Shown here: piece by piece, positions 54,119-63,438 of the stretch
How positions within the stretch are numbered: position 1 is the first letter of the stretch
How the letters are laid out: each line of letters starts with the position of its first letter
NCBI GenBank assembly: GCA_002419145.1
Contig: DIFN01000076.1
Location: 51,620 to 115,619 of the forward strand
Reading direction: 5' to 3'
Source: Mageeibacillus sp. UBA5747
GTDB lineage: Bacteria; Bacillota; Clostridia; Saccharofermentanales; UBA5734
DNA length: 64,000 nt
Notes under the pieces: generated by a model
Databases searched by the model: none
Told to the model about the DNA's origin: nothing
The model's input: the letters and a program-made list of their open reading frames with translations, nothing else
Program-made: the position numbers and the translations under genes

Positions 54119-55894
54119 GTGCTCAATCGAGTTGAAATCCGCGATTTTGCCCTGATTGACCAGGCGGTTCTCACACCTGGACCGGGCTTGTTTGTGATCT
54201 CTGGTGAAACGGGTGCTGGCAAATCGATCCTGATCGATGCAATCAGTGCCTTATCCGGTGAACGCATCGGCAAAGATTACGTTCGGCGCTCGGCATCCCG
54301 CTTGCGTGTCGAAGCTGTTTTTGACGCTGTGCTGGACCGCCTGCCCGAGGATCTGAAAGAGCAGCTGGGGCTTGGGGACGAAGAAGAGTCCGAGCTGATT
54401 TTGTCTCGTGAGATCAGTGCCGCGGGCAAATCCTCCTGTCGGGTCAACGGCCGCCTGGTTCCGTTGGGCAGCCTGCGCCAGCTGTTTACCTACCTGATCG
54501 ATATCCATGGTCAGAATGACCAGCAGGGGATATTCGACCTCCAGAATCACCGCCGTCTGCTCGACCGTTTTGCTGGCCAGGAATTGACCGGCCCCATGAA
54601 CCAATACCAGGCCACAGCCGCCAGGATCCAGGAAATCAAAGAACAGATGCAGGAATTGGGCCAGGATCCGGCGCAACGGGCGCGCGAATTGGATTTGCTG
54701 GCTTACCAGATTCACGAGATCGAATCCGCCCAGATCAAACCTGATGAAGAATCAGCTTTGGTCGAACGGCACAAACTGCTTGCGAACCGGGATAAGATCC
54801 TGCAGGCGGCCTCCCAAACACTCATGGAACTCCAAGGTCTGGAGGACCAATCCCTGATCAGCCGTCTGGCCTATTTGCAGCATGTCCTTGAACCAGCCGC
54901 GCGTTCCAGCAAACAGGCAGCCGAAATCAGGGATGCCTTGCTGGAAGCTTCAGAAACTTTGCAAGCGGCCAGTGGGCAGTTGCAGGATTTGGTTGACGAC
55001 GATGAGCTGGACCCTCAAGAATTGCAGCGGATTGATGACCGTCTGGATTTGTTTTATCGGCTAAAAAAGAAATACGGCGGTGATCTGGCCAGTGTCCTGA
55101 GTTTTCTTGATTCTGCCAGGCAGCGCCAGGAACGACTGGCTGATAGTGAAGCCCATTTTGCCCGGCTGCAGCAGCAAAAGGACAAAAGCCTCGAACAATT
55201 AAAAAAACAGGCGGCCACGGTGCACGACATCCGCACTCGCCACGCCCGGGCTATGGAGGAGCAGATTGCCCATCAGCTCCAGGACTTGGGCATGAAGGGG
55301 GTCCGTTTTGCCGTTCAGGTTGATTTCGTTGAATGGCAGGAAGGCATCATCCCACGTCACGGTCTGGACAAGGTCTCCTTCCTGATTTCCGCCAACCCGG
55401 GTGAACCCTTGAAACCGCTGGCCCGGATCGCTTCCGGTGGTGAAGCCTCCCGGGTCCTTCTGGCCATCAAGACGATCTTGGCCCGGGCAGATGAAACGCC
55501 TGTGCTGATTTTCGATGAAATTGATGCAGGGATCAGCGGAGTGACAGCCACCAGGGTTGCAGAGAAGCTGCACCAGATCTCACGCCATCACCAAGTCTTT
55601 TGCATCACACACATGGCCCAGATTGCTGCCATGGCGGATCAGCATGTCCTGATCAGCAAGACATTCGGTGACGACCACACCGTCACGACCTTGAAGGCAC
55701 TCAGCATGGAGGAGCGGACGACGGAATTGATGCGATTGTTGTCCGGTGGCAGCGGCGATGACAAAGCCAGGCAACTGGCCGTCCATTTACTGGATGCTGC
55801 CCATGCCTTCAAGTCAGCTGATGCAGAATCAGGCGCAGATCCGGTGGCAGCGGGGCATGGACCAGAAGCGACTCACCTGTCTGAGGGTGAATAA
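54119..55894 (+). CDS. recN: DNA repair protein RecN
   Basis: GTG start 7 nt after an AGGAGG RBS (the TTG at 54113 is too close). Walker A GETGAGKS, long coiled coil, ABC signature SGGE and Walker B LIFDEID. Confidence 0.9.
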   Translation: MLNRVEIRDFALIDQAVLTPGPGLFVISGETGAGKSILIDAISALSGERIGKDYVRRSASRLRVEAVFDAVLDRLPEDLKEQLGLGDEEESELILSREISAAGKSSCRVNGRLVPLGSLRQLFTYLIDIHGQNDQQGIFDLQNHRRLLDRFAGQELTGPMNQYQATAARIQEIKEQMQELGQDPAQRARELDLLAYQIHEIESAQIKPDEESALVERHKLLANRDKILQAASQTLMELQGLEDQSLISRLAYLQHVLEPAARSSKQAAEIRDALLEASETLQAASGQLQDLVDDDELDPQELQRIDDRLDLFYRLKKKYGGDLASVLSFLDSARQRQERLADSEAHFARLQQQKDKSLEQLKKQAATVHDIRTRHARAMEEQIAHQLQDLGMKGVRFAVQVDFVEWQEGIIPRHGLDKVSFLISANPGEPLKPLARIASGGEASRVLLAIKTILARADETPVLIFDEIDAGISGVTATRVAEKLHQISRHHQVFCITHMAQIAAMADQHVLISKTFGDDHTVTTLKALSMEERTTELMRLLSGGSGDDKARQLAVHLLDAAHAFKSADAESGADPVAAGHGPEATHLSEGE

Positions 55895-56687
55895 ACCCCA
55901 GGCTCCTGGCGTGGAGGGCCTGGCGGCCCAGTTGGCAATCGAGAGGTGATAGCTCCCCGCTCGGCTGGCCATACAAGGTTTCACCAACCAGGGGATGTCC
56001 GACATATTGGCTGTGGACGCGGATCTGGTGCGTGCGGCCTGTCAGCAATTCAAACTCCACCGTCGAAACATCAGCGGCAGGAAAATGGTGCAGTTGACGA
56101 TACCGTGTCTGGGCGGTTGCGCCAGCTGAATCGACCCGCCGCTTGATGATGCTGTCAGGATCCCGGCTGATGGGTGCGTCGATCAAGCCTTGCTGCTGTG
56201 GCATCCGGCCGTGGACAAGAGCCAGGTACGTCTTTTTCATGGGATGCTGCATGACCACATAATGAGCATGGCCGTTTTTGGCAATCATCACCAGGCCTGA
56301 GGTATCACGATCGAGGCGTGAAACGGGGTGCAGTGGCTGGTCCGACAACAGATCGGTCAAGGTTCCGGTTTCATGCCGGTACGTCGGGTGGACGACAAGG
56401 CCGGCAGGCTTGTTCAGAATCACCAGCCAGTCATCCTGGAAAATCAGATCGATTCCCGGCGGTTGTCTAAGTGGCACAACCTGCTCAGTATGCCCGGCTG
56501 TCCGGGCAACCAACTGGTCCCCGCATTCCACAGGATCGATCATCCGCCAGGGCTGGCCGTTTTTCAATAATTGACCATAAAGCCGGATTCGTTTGCACAT
56601 CAGGCGTGACATCCCTGTCCTGGAGATCAGGACATCCACAGCCCTCAGGCCATGGTCAGCATCGGTAACAAGATAAACAATCTCCAA
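55809..56687 (-). CDS. RluA family pseudouridine synthase with N-terminal S4-like domain
   Basis: 292 aa with a TTG start. Catalytic motif HPVSRLDRDTSGLVM and GRTHQIR. The 3' end overlaps the recN 3' end by 86 nt. Confidence 0.85.
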   Translation of the reverse strand: MEIVYLVTDADHGLRAVDVLISRTGMSRLMCKRIRLYGQLLKNGQPWRMIDPVECGDQLVARTAGHTEQVVPLRQPPGIDLIFQDDWLVILNKPAGLVVHPTYRHETGTLTDLLSDQPLHPVSRLDRDTSGLVMIAKNGHAHYVVMQHPMKKTYLALVHGRMPQQQGLIDAPISRDPDSIIKRRVDSAGATAQTRYRQLHHFPAADVSTVEFELLTGRTHQIRVHSQYVGHPLVGETLYGQPSGELSPLDCQLGRQALHARSLGFIHPQTGESLLVHAPLPPDLRLILHQLT

Positions 56688-56752
56688 ACCCCAAATCTCC
56701 TATCCTCGAATCAAGTGCATTATAGCCCAAGGTGAGCAAAGGAGCGAAAGGG

Positions 56753-56959
56753 ATGGAAAAGAAAATTTTAGATTGCTTGAAAGCGCTGTCAAAGCTGGAA
56801 GCACCGGCCAGTTGCCAGGACTGTGACAAGCAAAACCTGCTCCTGTCTGCACCGCTGCAGCAAGGGTCCGGTGGTCTGGGGGGGATGGCATTCTTCACGA
56901 AAAATTTTCAATCCCGCAATAAGGCGCTGTTTTTATTGACAACATTCGTTCGTTTTTAA
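56753..56959 (+). CDS. Possible small ORF (68 aa), unsupported by homology
   Basis: ATG 8 nt after AAGGAG (MEKKILDCLKALSKLE...). The C-terminal part runs through the rny promoter. May be spurious. Confidence 0.2.
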   Translation: MEKKILDCLKALSKLEAPASCQDCDKQNLLLSAPLQQGSGGLGGMAFFTKNFQSRNKALFLLTTFVRF

Positions 56960-56965
56960 TAGAAT
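56936..56965 (+). promoter_or_regulatory. Candidate sigma-A promoter for rny
   Basis: TTGACA, 18-bp spacer, TAGAAT. Followed immediately by an 8-bp hairpin, AATGCGAT/ATCGCATT (56967-56988). Confidence 0.55.
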
Positions 56966-57023
56966 GAATGCGATGCTAATATCGCATTTGCGTCAACCAT
57001 ACGTGAAACTTGAAAAGTAAATA

Positions 57024-58604
57024 TTGGAGGTGATTGCCATTAATTGGCTAATTAATTTGGTCATTGGCTTGTTCTCCGGCGCCATCCTAGCTGCCGTTGT
57101 AACAATTGCGTACTACCGCCAGGGATTTTCCAAACAATCCGTTGCCTTGAAATCTGCAGCTGAACAAGCAGAAACCGAGGCAGCCAAACTCCTGGGTGAA
57201 GCGCAAAAGGCTGGTGAAAACAGAAAAAGAGAACTTCTTCTTCAAGCTAAAGAAGAAATTCACAAAGCTCGCCTGGAATTTGAAAAAGATGTCCGGGAAA
57301 AGAAAGCAGAGCTGCAGCGCGAACGGGGCCGTCTCGACCAGAAAGAAGAGGCCCTTGACCGCAAGATTGAAACGCTCGAACAGAAAGAAGAGGCGCTTGA
57401 CTCCCGGGTCAGTGATGTTCTGGCCCTCGAAGAAAGAGCGCGCGAGATTGAGCGTCAGAAGATCATCGAACTGGAGCGCATCTCTAGCTTGTCTGTAGAT
57501 GATGCCAAGAACTTGGTCCTGGATGAAGCCCGTCAGGCCTATCGTCACGACATGGCTGTCATGCTGCGCCAGATGGAAGAAACTGCCAAGGAAGAAGCCG
57601 ATCGCAAAGCCAAGGAGATCATTGTCACATCGATCCAGCGTTATGCTGCGGATTATGTCTCTGAATCCACGGTTTCGGTCGTGGCCCTGCCCAGTGACGA
57701 AATGAAGGGGCGCATTATCGGCCGTGAAGGTCGCAACATCCGCGCCATTGAAACCATGACCGGTGTCGACCTGATCATCGACGATACCCCTGAAGCTGTC
57801 ATATTGAGCAGCTTTGACCCGATCCGGCGTGAGATAGCCCGGATAGCCCTGGAAAAACTGATCATCGACGGCCGGATTCATCCCGCCAGGATTGAGGAGA
57901 TGGTCGAAAAGGCCCGCAAAGAAGTAGATGCCACCATCAAAGCGGAGGGTGAGCGCGTCGTTTTTGAAACTGGCATGATCGGTATCCATCCGGAAATCAT
58001 CAAACTGCTCGGCCGTCTGCGCTACCGCACCAGTTACGGTCAGAATGTCCTGCAGCACTCGGTTGAGGTCTGTTGGATGGCTGGCATGATGGCCGGAGAA
58101 CTCGGCCTGAATGTCATGATGGCCAAACGGTGTGGACTGCTCCATGACATTGGCAAAGCAGCCGATTTCGAGATGGAAGGTTCGCACATTACGCTGGGTG
58201 CAGAAATCGCCCGCAAGTACAAAGAAGGACCGGAAGTCATCAATGCGATCTTGTCGCATCATGGTGAAGTGGAGCCAGACTCGATGATCTCGGTTCTGGT
58301 CGCTGCTGCCGATGCGATCTCAGCAGCCCGTCCGGGAGCCCGGCGCGAGAATCTGGAGAACTACGTCAAACGGATCCAGAAGCTTGAAGAAATTGCCAAC
58401 TCCTTTTCCGGCGTTGAGAAATCCTTCGCCATCCAGGCTGGGCGCGAAGTCCGAGTCCTGGTCAGTCCGGAAAATGTCAAGGACGACGAGATGATCCTCA
58501 AAGCTCGGGAAATTTGTAAGAAAATTGAAGAAGAGCTGGATTATCCGGGACAAATCAAAGTCCACATCATCCGGGAATCCCGTGTCACCGAATTCGCCAA
58601 ATAA
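57024..58604 (+). CDS. rny: Ribonuclease Y
   Basis: N-terminal TM helix, coiled coil, KH domain ([12 protein letters not shown]) and HD domain (LLHDIGKA). High similarity to my recollection of B. subtilis Rny. The exact start codon is uncertain. Confidence 0.9.
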   Translation: MEVIAINWLINLVIGLFSGAILAAVVTIAYYRQGFSKQSVALKSAAEQAETEAAKLLGEAQKAGENRKRELLLQAKEEIHKARLEFEKDVREKKAELQRERGRLDQKEEALDRKIETLEQKEEALDSRVSDVLALEERAREIERQKIIELERISSLSVDDAKNLVLDEARQAYRHDMAVMLRQMEETAKEEADRKAKEIIVTSIQRYAADYVSESTVSVVALPSDEMKGRIIGREGRNIRAIETMTGVDLIIDDTPEAVILSSFDPIRREIARIALEKLIIDGRIHPARIEEMVEKARKEVDATIKAEGERVVFETGMIGIHPEIIKLLGRLRYRTSYGQNVLQHSVEVCWMAGMMAGELGLNVMMAKRCGLLHDIGKAADFEMEGSHITLGAEIARKYKEGPEVINAILSHHGEVEPDSMISVLVAAADAISAARPGARRENLENYVKRIQKLEEIANSFSGVEKSFAIQAGREVRVLVSPENVKDDEMILKAREICKKIEEELDYPGQIKVHIIRESRVTEFAK

Positions 58605-58634
58605 CACCTGGCAGATGAAGAACTATCCAGCAAT

Positions 58635-58665
58635 AAAAAAGCGTTCCTTGCGGAACGCTTTTTTT
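58635..58665. terminator. Rho-independent terminator after rny
   Basis: A6 run, stem AGCGTTCC / GGAACGCT with loop TTGC, then T7. Confidence 0.75.
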
Positions 58666-58787
58666 CATGGTGGCAAAAGACCTGCACACGGGCTTGGATC
58701 ACCTTATGCCGGCTGGCAGATGCTGCCAAACCTCGATTTTTACCTGTATTTGCTTTATAATCAGCGGGTAAGTGGAGGACATTAGAT

Positions 58788-59570
58788 TTGCAAATCATGA
58801 TGATCGGCGACATCGTCGGCGCAACGGGCCGGCGGATGCTGAAAGATACGTTGCCTGGACTCAAAAAACGCCACGCTGTCGATATTTGCCTGGCCAATGG
58901 CGAAAATGCAGCTGCCGGACTGGGACTGACACCCCGTCTGGCCCATGAAATTCTGGCTATGGGAGTTGACCTTATCACGCTGGGCAATCACACGTGGTCC
59001 AGACGCGAGCTCGTTGAACGCATCGACACGTTGCCCCAGGTGATCCGACCGGCTAACGGACCCGCCAGCTGGCCTGGCCAAGGGTTCAAAGTCATCAATC
59101 ATCCCGCCGGCAAGATCCTTGTCGCCAACCTGCTAGGGCGCGTTTTCATGGAACCCCTCCATGACCCGTTTACAACCATGGACCTGCTGTTGGAGCAAGC
59201 CCGGGAAAAGCAGCAAATTCCTCTGGCTGTGGTCGATTTCCATGCCGAAGCCACCGCGGAAAAAATGGCCCTGGGCTATTACTTGAATGGTCGAGTCACG
59301 CTGGTTGTCGGGACTCATACACATGTCCAGACTGCGGATGAACGCATTATGGACCGCGGTACCGCCTACATCACGGATGTTGGCATGACAGGACCTTTCG
59401 AGGGTGTGATCGGCATGGATCCGGCATCGTCCTTGCGCCGTCTGGTCGAACATTTGCCCGCACCATATGAGGCAGCCGGTGGCAAAGGCCAGTTTTCAGC
59501 CGTGGTGATCACGGCTGATCCCGCCACCGGCCGGGCCACCGCCATTGAGCGGATCCAGATCCGGGAATGA
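58788..59570 (+). CDS. ymdB: YmdB-type metallophosphoesterase (TIGR00282 family, 2',3'-cyclic-nucleotide phosphodiesterase)
   Basis: TTG start 8 nt after a GGAGG RBS. Motifs IGDIVG, GENAAAG, GNHTW and GTHTHVQTAD. Conserved rny-ymdB pairing. Confidence 0.88.
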   Translation: MQIMMIGDIVGATGRRMLKDTLPGLKKRHAVDICLANGENAAAGLGLTPRLAHEILAMGVDLITLGNHTWSRRELVERIDTLPQVIRPANGPASWPGQGFKVINHPAGKILVANLLGRVFMEPLHDPFTTMDLLLEQAREKQQIPLAVVDFHAEATAEKMALGYYLNGRVTLVVGTHTHVQTADERIMDRGTAYITDVGMTGPFEGVIGMDPASSLRRLVEHLPAPYEAAGGKGQFSAVVITADPATGRATAIERIQIRE

Positions 59571-61273
59571 TCCGCACGCTTCATCCAGGGCGGCTTATCG
59601 TACTGGCACTCCTTTTGTTCATGATCGTTCCGGCAGGCTGTGTCCGGACTGCTCCGGCACAGACCGACAACGTGACTGCTGAAGTTGCACCGGCCGAAAC
59701 CACCAATGCCGTGACAGTTGACAAGGGGCCATCCGGAACCTTGCGCCTGTGGTGGGATTCTGACGTACCGCAAAACCCACTGCTGGCATCTGGCGCCAGC
59801 ACCAGAGCAGCCTATTCCCTGGTTTTTGGCCAATTGTTCCAGCTCGACTCCAACTGGCAGCCACAGCCAGAACTGGTGCAGGATTTTAGTTACAGCGAGG
59901 AACGTCTTCAGCTAACCGTGTCCCTTCGTCCAGACATCACATTTCATGATTCCAGTCCTGTGACGGCCAGTGACGTCCTGGCCACTCTCAACGAAATCCA
60001 GCGCCTGGGTTCATTTTCACCGTATTCAGACGCGCTGTCTTCGTACGCAAGTGGCCGTCTGATCGATGCCAAAACTCTGGTCCTGCAATTGTCCAGGCCG
60101 GACCCGGCTTTTCTCTACGCCTTGACGTTTCCGGTCCTGAAAGCCAGCGAAATTGCCCTGCCTGACGGCAGCCTCTGGCAGGGGACCCGGACCTGGCAGA
60201 TGTCCAATCAGTCCACTGAAGGATTGGTCCTAAAGTATGCAGCAACGATTCCTGCCGATGAGTCTAGTTCTGGTGGGCCGCACCTCGAGCAGATTCTCAT
60301 CAAAACTTATACTTCGGCCATCCAGGCCATGCGCGCTCTGGAAGACGATGAGCTTGACCTGGCCTACCTGCCAACAGAGGCGTTGTACCAGTACCAGATG
60401 CGCAGCAGCTTGCGCCTGGACCGGTTTGCCAGCCGATCTTACACGTACTTTTCCTTTGGCCAGGCCATTTCGGATCCCCTCGACCGGTTGCGCTATAAAT
60501 ACTTCCTGCGGGCTTCGCGCTGGGCAAAGACCAATCTCGCCTGGCCCGGGCAGGTCACTGACATCCCAATTCCAGCTTTCCATGCCTGCTTGAATGGCCA
60601 GCCACTGGATCTGGAACCGGCCTGGCTCGGCGTACTGGCGCACAATGGCCTTGCTGTCTCACATCCAGCGCAGGCACAGGCGCCTGCCCCGTCAAAGCCA
60701 CAGCCAGACATGCTTCTGCTGCAACCAAGCGAGGAATTGCGCATCATTCTGCCGGAACACCAGACCTTGCTTTTGGATTTGGCACAACAAGCAGCAGAAT
60801 GGCTGGAGGAGGCTGGCCAGACTGCAGTCGTTGTGCCCCTGCCTGAGGCGGAGCTTGCTGCTGATCTCGTATCGGGTGACTATGCCCTGGCGTTCCAAAC
60901 CCATGAGATGCCAGCATCTGCTGAGCCCTCCTGGTATTTTGCACCGCCAGTTCCCGTGGAGCAGACTGCTGGCGAGGGATTGCCGGAAGACGGCGCAAAC
61001 CGTTATGATGAGAGTCTGAACGCATTGGAAACCGGCTGGCCGTTTTTCAAATACCTGGGATATGGCCTGCCCGCAGATGAAGCTGCTGCCGATGCCCAGT
61101 CCCGCCTGTACCGCCAGGTGCTCACTGACTTGGCGATCGCTGCTCCCGGCGGCGGCATCCTGCTCGGAGAAGCTGCGATCGCCTATGGCGACCGGGTCAT
61201 TGGCCAGTGTCTGCCGACCCTTGCTACACCTTATCTTGGAATTGAGGAAATGTGGATATGGTCTGGATCTTGA
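59567..61273 (+). CDS. Putative lipoprotein, ABC-type substrate-binding protein family 5-like
   Basis: Lipobox VPAGC. The N-terminal lobe pattern (LRLWW...NPL..., LTVSLRPDITFHDSSPVTASDV) resembles peptide/nickel SBPs. No transporter genes are adjacent. Confidence 0.55.
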   Translation: MIRTLHPGRLIVLALLLFMIVPAGCVRTAPAQTDNVTAEVAPAETTNAVTVDKGPSGTLRLWWDSDVPQNPLLASGASTRAAYSLVFGQLFQLDSNWQPQPELVQDFSYSEERLQLTVSLRPDITFHDSSPVTASDVLATLNEIQRLGSFSPYSDALSSYASGRLIDAKTLVLQLSRPDPAFLYALTFPVLKASEIALPDGSLWQGTRTWQMSNQSTEGLVLKYAATIPADESSSGGPHLEQILIKTYTSAIQAMRALEDDELDLAYLPTEALYQYQMRSSLRLDRFASRSYTYFSFGQAISDPLDRLRYKYFLRASRWAKTNLAWPGQVTDIPIPAFHACLNGQPLDLEPAWLGVLAHNGLAVSHPAQAQAPAPSKPQPDMLLLQPSEELRIILPEHQTLLLDLAQQAAEWLEEAGQTAVVVPLPEAELAADLVSGDYALAFQTHEMPASAEPSWYFAPPVPVEQTAGEGLPEDGANRYDESLNALETGWPFFKYLGYGLPADEAAADAQSRLYRQVLTDLAIAAPGGGILLGEAAIAYGDRVIGQCLPTLATPYLGIEEMWIWSGS

Positions 61274-61746
61274 TCATTGCTGCCCTTGCTACTGCTGACC
61301 AGCTCATCAAAAGCCTGGTGGTCCGCCTGCTGCCTGGTGACACTTACCATGTGGTCATCGATTCGTTTTTCTACCTGGTCAATCGGCGCAATACGGGGGC
61401 GGCCTGGAGCTTTCTATCTGACCAGTCCTGGGGAATTGTCGTGCTTTCGATTCTCTCGGCACTGGCTTCCCTGGCCTTGGTGATCCTGACACTTGTCATC
61501 CGCAAAAAGCGCTACCAGGCTGTATTGTCCCTGATGGCGGCCGGGGCGATTGGCAATTTGATTGACCGCGTGCGAGATGGCGGCGTCATCGATTACCTGG
61601 ATTTCCATTTTGGCTCCTATGTTTTTCCGACCTTCAACCTGGCAGATATCTGCCTGGTCGTTGGCACGATCCTGCTGTCACTGTTTGTCCTTTTTGACAA
61701 GGATCAGGACAGCTTGCTTTCCAGAAAGCAAACGTATCTATCCTGA
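61258..61746 (+). CDS. lspA: Signal peptidase II (lipoprotein signal peptidase)
   Basis: Motifs DQLIK, NTGAAWSF, IGNLIDR, and DYLDF...FPTFNLADI. ATG at 61258 (alternative GTG at 61252). Confidence 0.88.
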   Translation: MVWILIIAALATADQLIKSLVVRLLPGDTYHVVIDSFFYLVNRRNTGAAWSFLSDQSWGIVVLSILSALASLALVILTLVIRKKRYQAVLSLMAAGAIGNLIDRVRDGGVIDYLDFHFGSYVFPTFNLADICLVVGTILLSLFVLFDKDQDSLLSRKQTYLS

Positions 61747-61759
61747 ATGAGGGTGTTTG

Positions 61760-62671
61760 ATGGAACTTCTTGAATGGAGATTTGAAAATCCAGATGCATC
61801 GACTATCCGTCTGGATGTCTGGCTTTCCGGGAAAATGCCGTTGCATTCGCGGGCTTACCTGAAAGAACTGATTGACCAAGGTCATATCCGGGTCGATGGC
61901 AAACCGGTCAAGCCTTCTTACAAGGCAAAAAACGGACAGATCATAGCCGTCGAGCTGCCGGACCCGATTGATTCCACTGTGCGTCCAGAAGCGATCCCCC
62001 TGGTTATCCGGTATGAAGATGAGTGGCTGCTGGTCATTGACAAGCCCCAGGGTATGGTCGTCCATCCAGCGCCTGGCCACTCGGGTGGGACGCTGGTCAA
62101 TGCTCTGCTTAGCTATTGCCAGGGGCAGTTGTCCGACCTCAATGGTGTGATCAGGCCGGGAATCGTCCACCGGATTGACAAAGATACAACCGGACTGCTG
62201 CTCGTCGTCAAGGACAATTCTGTCCACCGTGAAATTGCTGAGCGGATCCGCCACCATGAGGTTCGCCGCACCTACCAAGCCTTGGTCCATGGGACGGTGA
62301 CGGTTGACCAGGGGACCATCAGGGCCCCGATCGGTCGTGATCCCAAAAACCGTCAGCGCATGGCTGTCGTTGCTGACGGCAAAAGCGCCGTTACTCATTT
62401 CAGGGTTGTGGAACGCCTGGCCAAGGCAACCTGGCTGGAGGTCAATCTTGAGACAGGCCGGACGCATCAGATCCGGGTTCATTGCCAGTACATCGGCCAT
62501 CCGATCATTGGCGATCCAGTCTATGCCCTGGGCCGGGACACTTTCGGTCAGACCGGTCAGGTTCTGCACGCCTCCAGACTGTCTTTCATTCATCCGGTGA
62601 CACAAAAACCGATTGAGGTCGATAGTCCCGTGCCCCAGTCTTTCCTGGAAGCGGTGCAGCGGTGCCGATGA
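61760..62671 (+). CDS. rluD: RluD-type 23S rRNA pseudouridine synthase
   Basis: S4 domain (RLDVWLS), catalytic HRIDKDTTGLLLV and GRTHQIRVH. Conserved lspA-rluD pairing. Confidence 0.88.
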   Translation: MELLEWRFENPDASTIRLDVWLSGKMPLHSRAYLKELIDQGHIRVDGKPVKPSYKAKNGQIIAVELPDPIDSTVRPEAIPLVIRYEDEWLLVIDKPQGMVVHPAPGHSGGTLVNALLSYCQGQLSDLNGVIRPGIVHRIDKDTTGLLLVVKDNSVHREIAERIRHHEVRRTYQALVHGTVTVDQGTIRAPIGRDPKNRQRMAVVADGKSAVTHFRVVERLAKATWLEVNLETGRTHQIRVHCQYIGHPIIGDPVYALGRDTFGQTGQVLHASRLSFIHPVTQKPIEVDSPVPQSFLEAVQRCR

Positions 62672-63438
62672 AATGCCAGTCAAAACCCTGGTCTGAGTTC
62701 TGGCACACACCGCAGAAACGCCAGAGTCTGTTCCTGTTTGTCCTGCTGTTATTGTTTGGTGTGATTGTGACCAACCACGTGACCATGGTCAACAAGACCA
62801 AGGAACAGACGAACTTAGCTGATCTGTACAAAACCCGCCAGGAAGAACTGGATGTTGCCCTGGCCCAGTACGAAAGCCTGACAGCGGAAAATGCCCGTCT
62901 GCTCAAGCTTAAAGAAGCTGCCATCGCCAAGGTTCTGAGCCAGGAAGGACAGCCCGAGCTCATGGACGAGCTCAAGCGCATGCAAGTGCTTGCAGGCTTG
63001 ACCGATGTGACTGGGCCGGGTCTGATTGTGACCTTGAATGACAAGCCAGGGTTTGATGTCATCCGCGATTCGGCAGATGCCATTGTCCATGACAGCGATG
63101 TCCGCCATGTTCTCGAACTGCTCAAATCTACCGGAGCGGCAGCCCTTTCGGTCAACGACCAGAGGATTACCAATGCCTCCTACATCTTTTGCATCGGCCC
63201 GACAATCCTGTGCAACATGCAGCGCCTGACACCGCCCTATGTGATCCGGGCTATTGGTCAGGATCCGCAAGCCATGGCTTTGAGCATCCAGAATGACCCC
63301 ATGCTCAGCTTGCGCCAGACACCGGAAATCGGCCTGGTTGTCATGGTCGAAACATCTCCTGAAGTGACCTGCCCGGCCTTTGCCGGCGCGGACGATCTTC
63401 AACCTTACATAAACAGACTGGAGGTACCGGCTGGATGA
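62668..63438 (+). CDS. DUF881 domain-containing protein (YlxW/YlxX-like)
   Basis: ATGA overlap with rluD. TM segment, coiled coil and the DUF881 core (VTGPGLIVTLND..., ALSVNDQRI..., PPYVIRAIG). Confidence 0.8.
   Translation: MKCQSKPWSEFWHTPQKRQSLFLFVLLLLFGVIVTNHVTMVNKTKEQTNLADLYKTRQEELDVALAQYESLTAENARLLKLKEAAIAKVLSQEGQPELMDELKRMQVLAGLTDVTGPGLIVTLNDKPGFDVIRDSADAIVHDSDVRHVLELLKSTGAAALSVNDQRITNASYIFCIGPTILCNMQRLTPPYVIRAIGQDPQAMALSIQNDPMLSLRQTPEIGLVVMVETSPEVTCPAFAGADDLQPYINRLEVPAG

Noticed and set aside
57087-58262. 391-aa minus-strand ORF opposite rny
   Set aside because: It is a shadow ORF antisense to RNase Y. The product is repetitive and Phe/Leu/Gly-rich with no domain signature.
61634-62710. 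358-aa minus-strand ORF opposite rluD
   Set aside because: It is a shadow frame of a strongly supported pseudouridine synthase gene. No motifs are present, and the composition is Arg/Pro/Gly-rich and biased.
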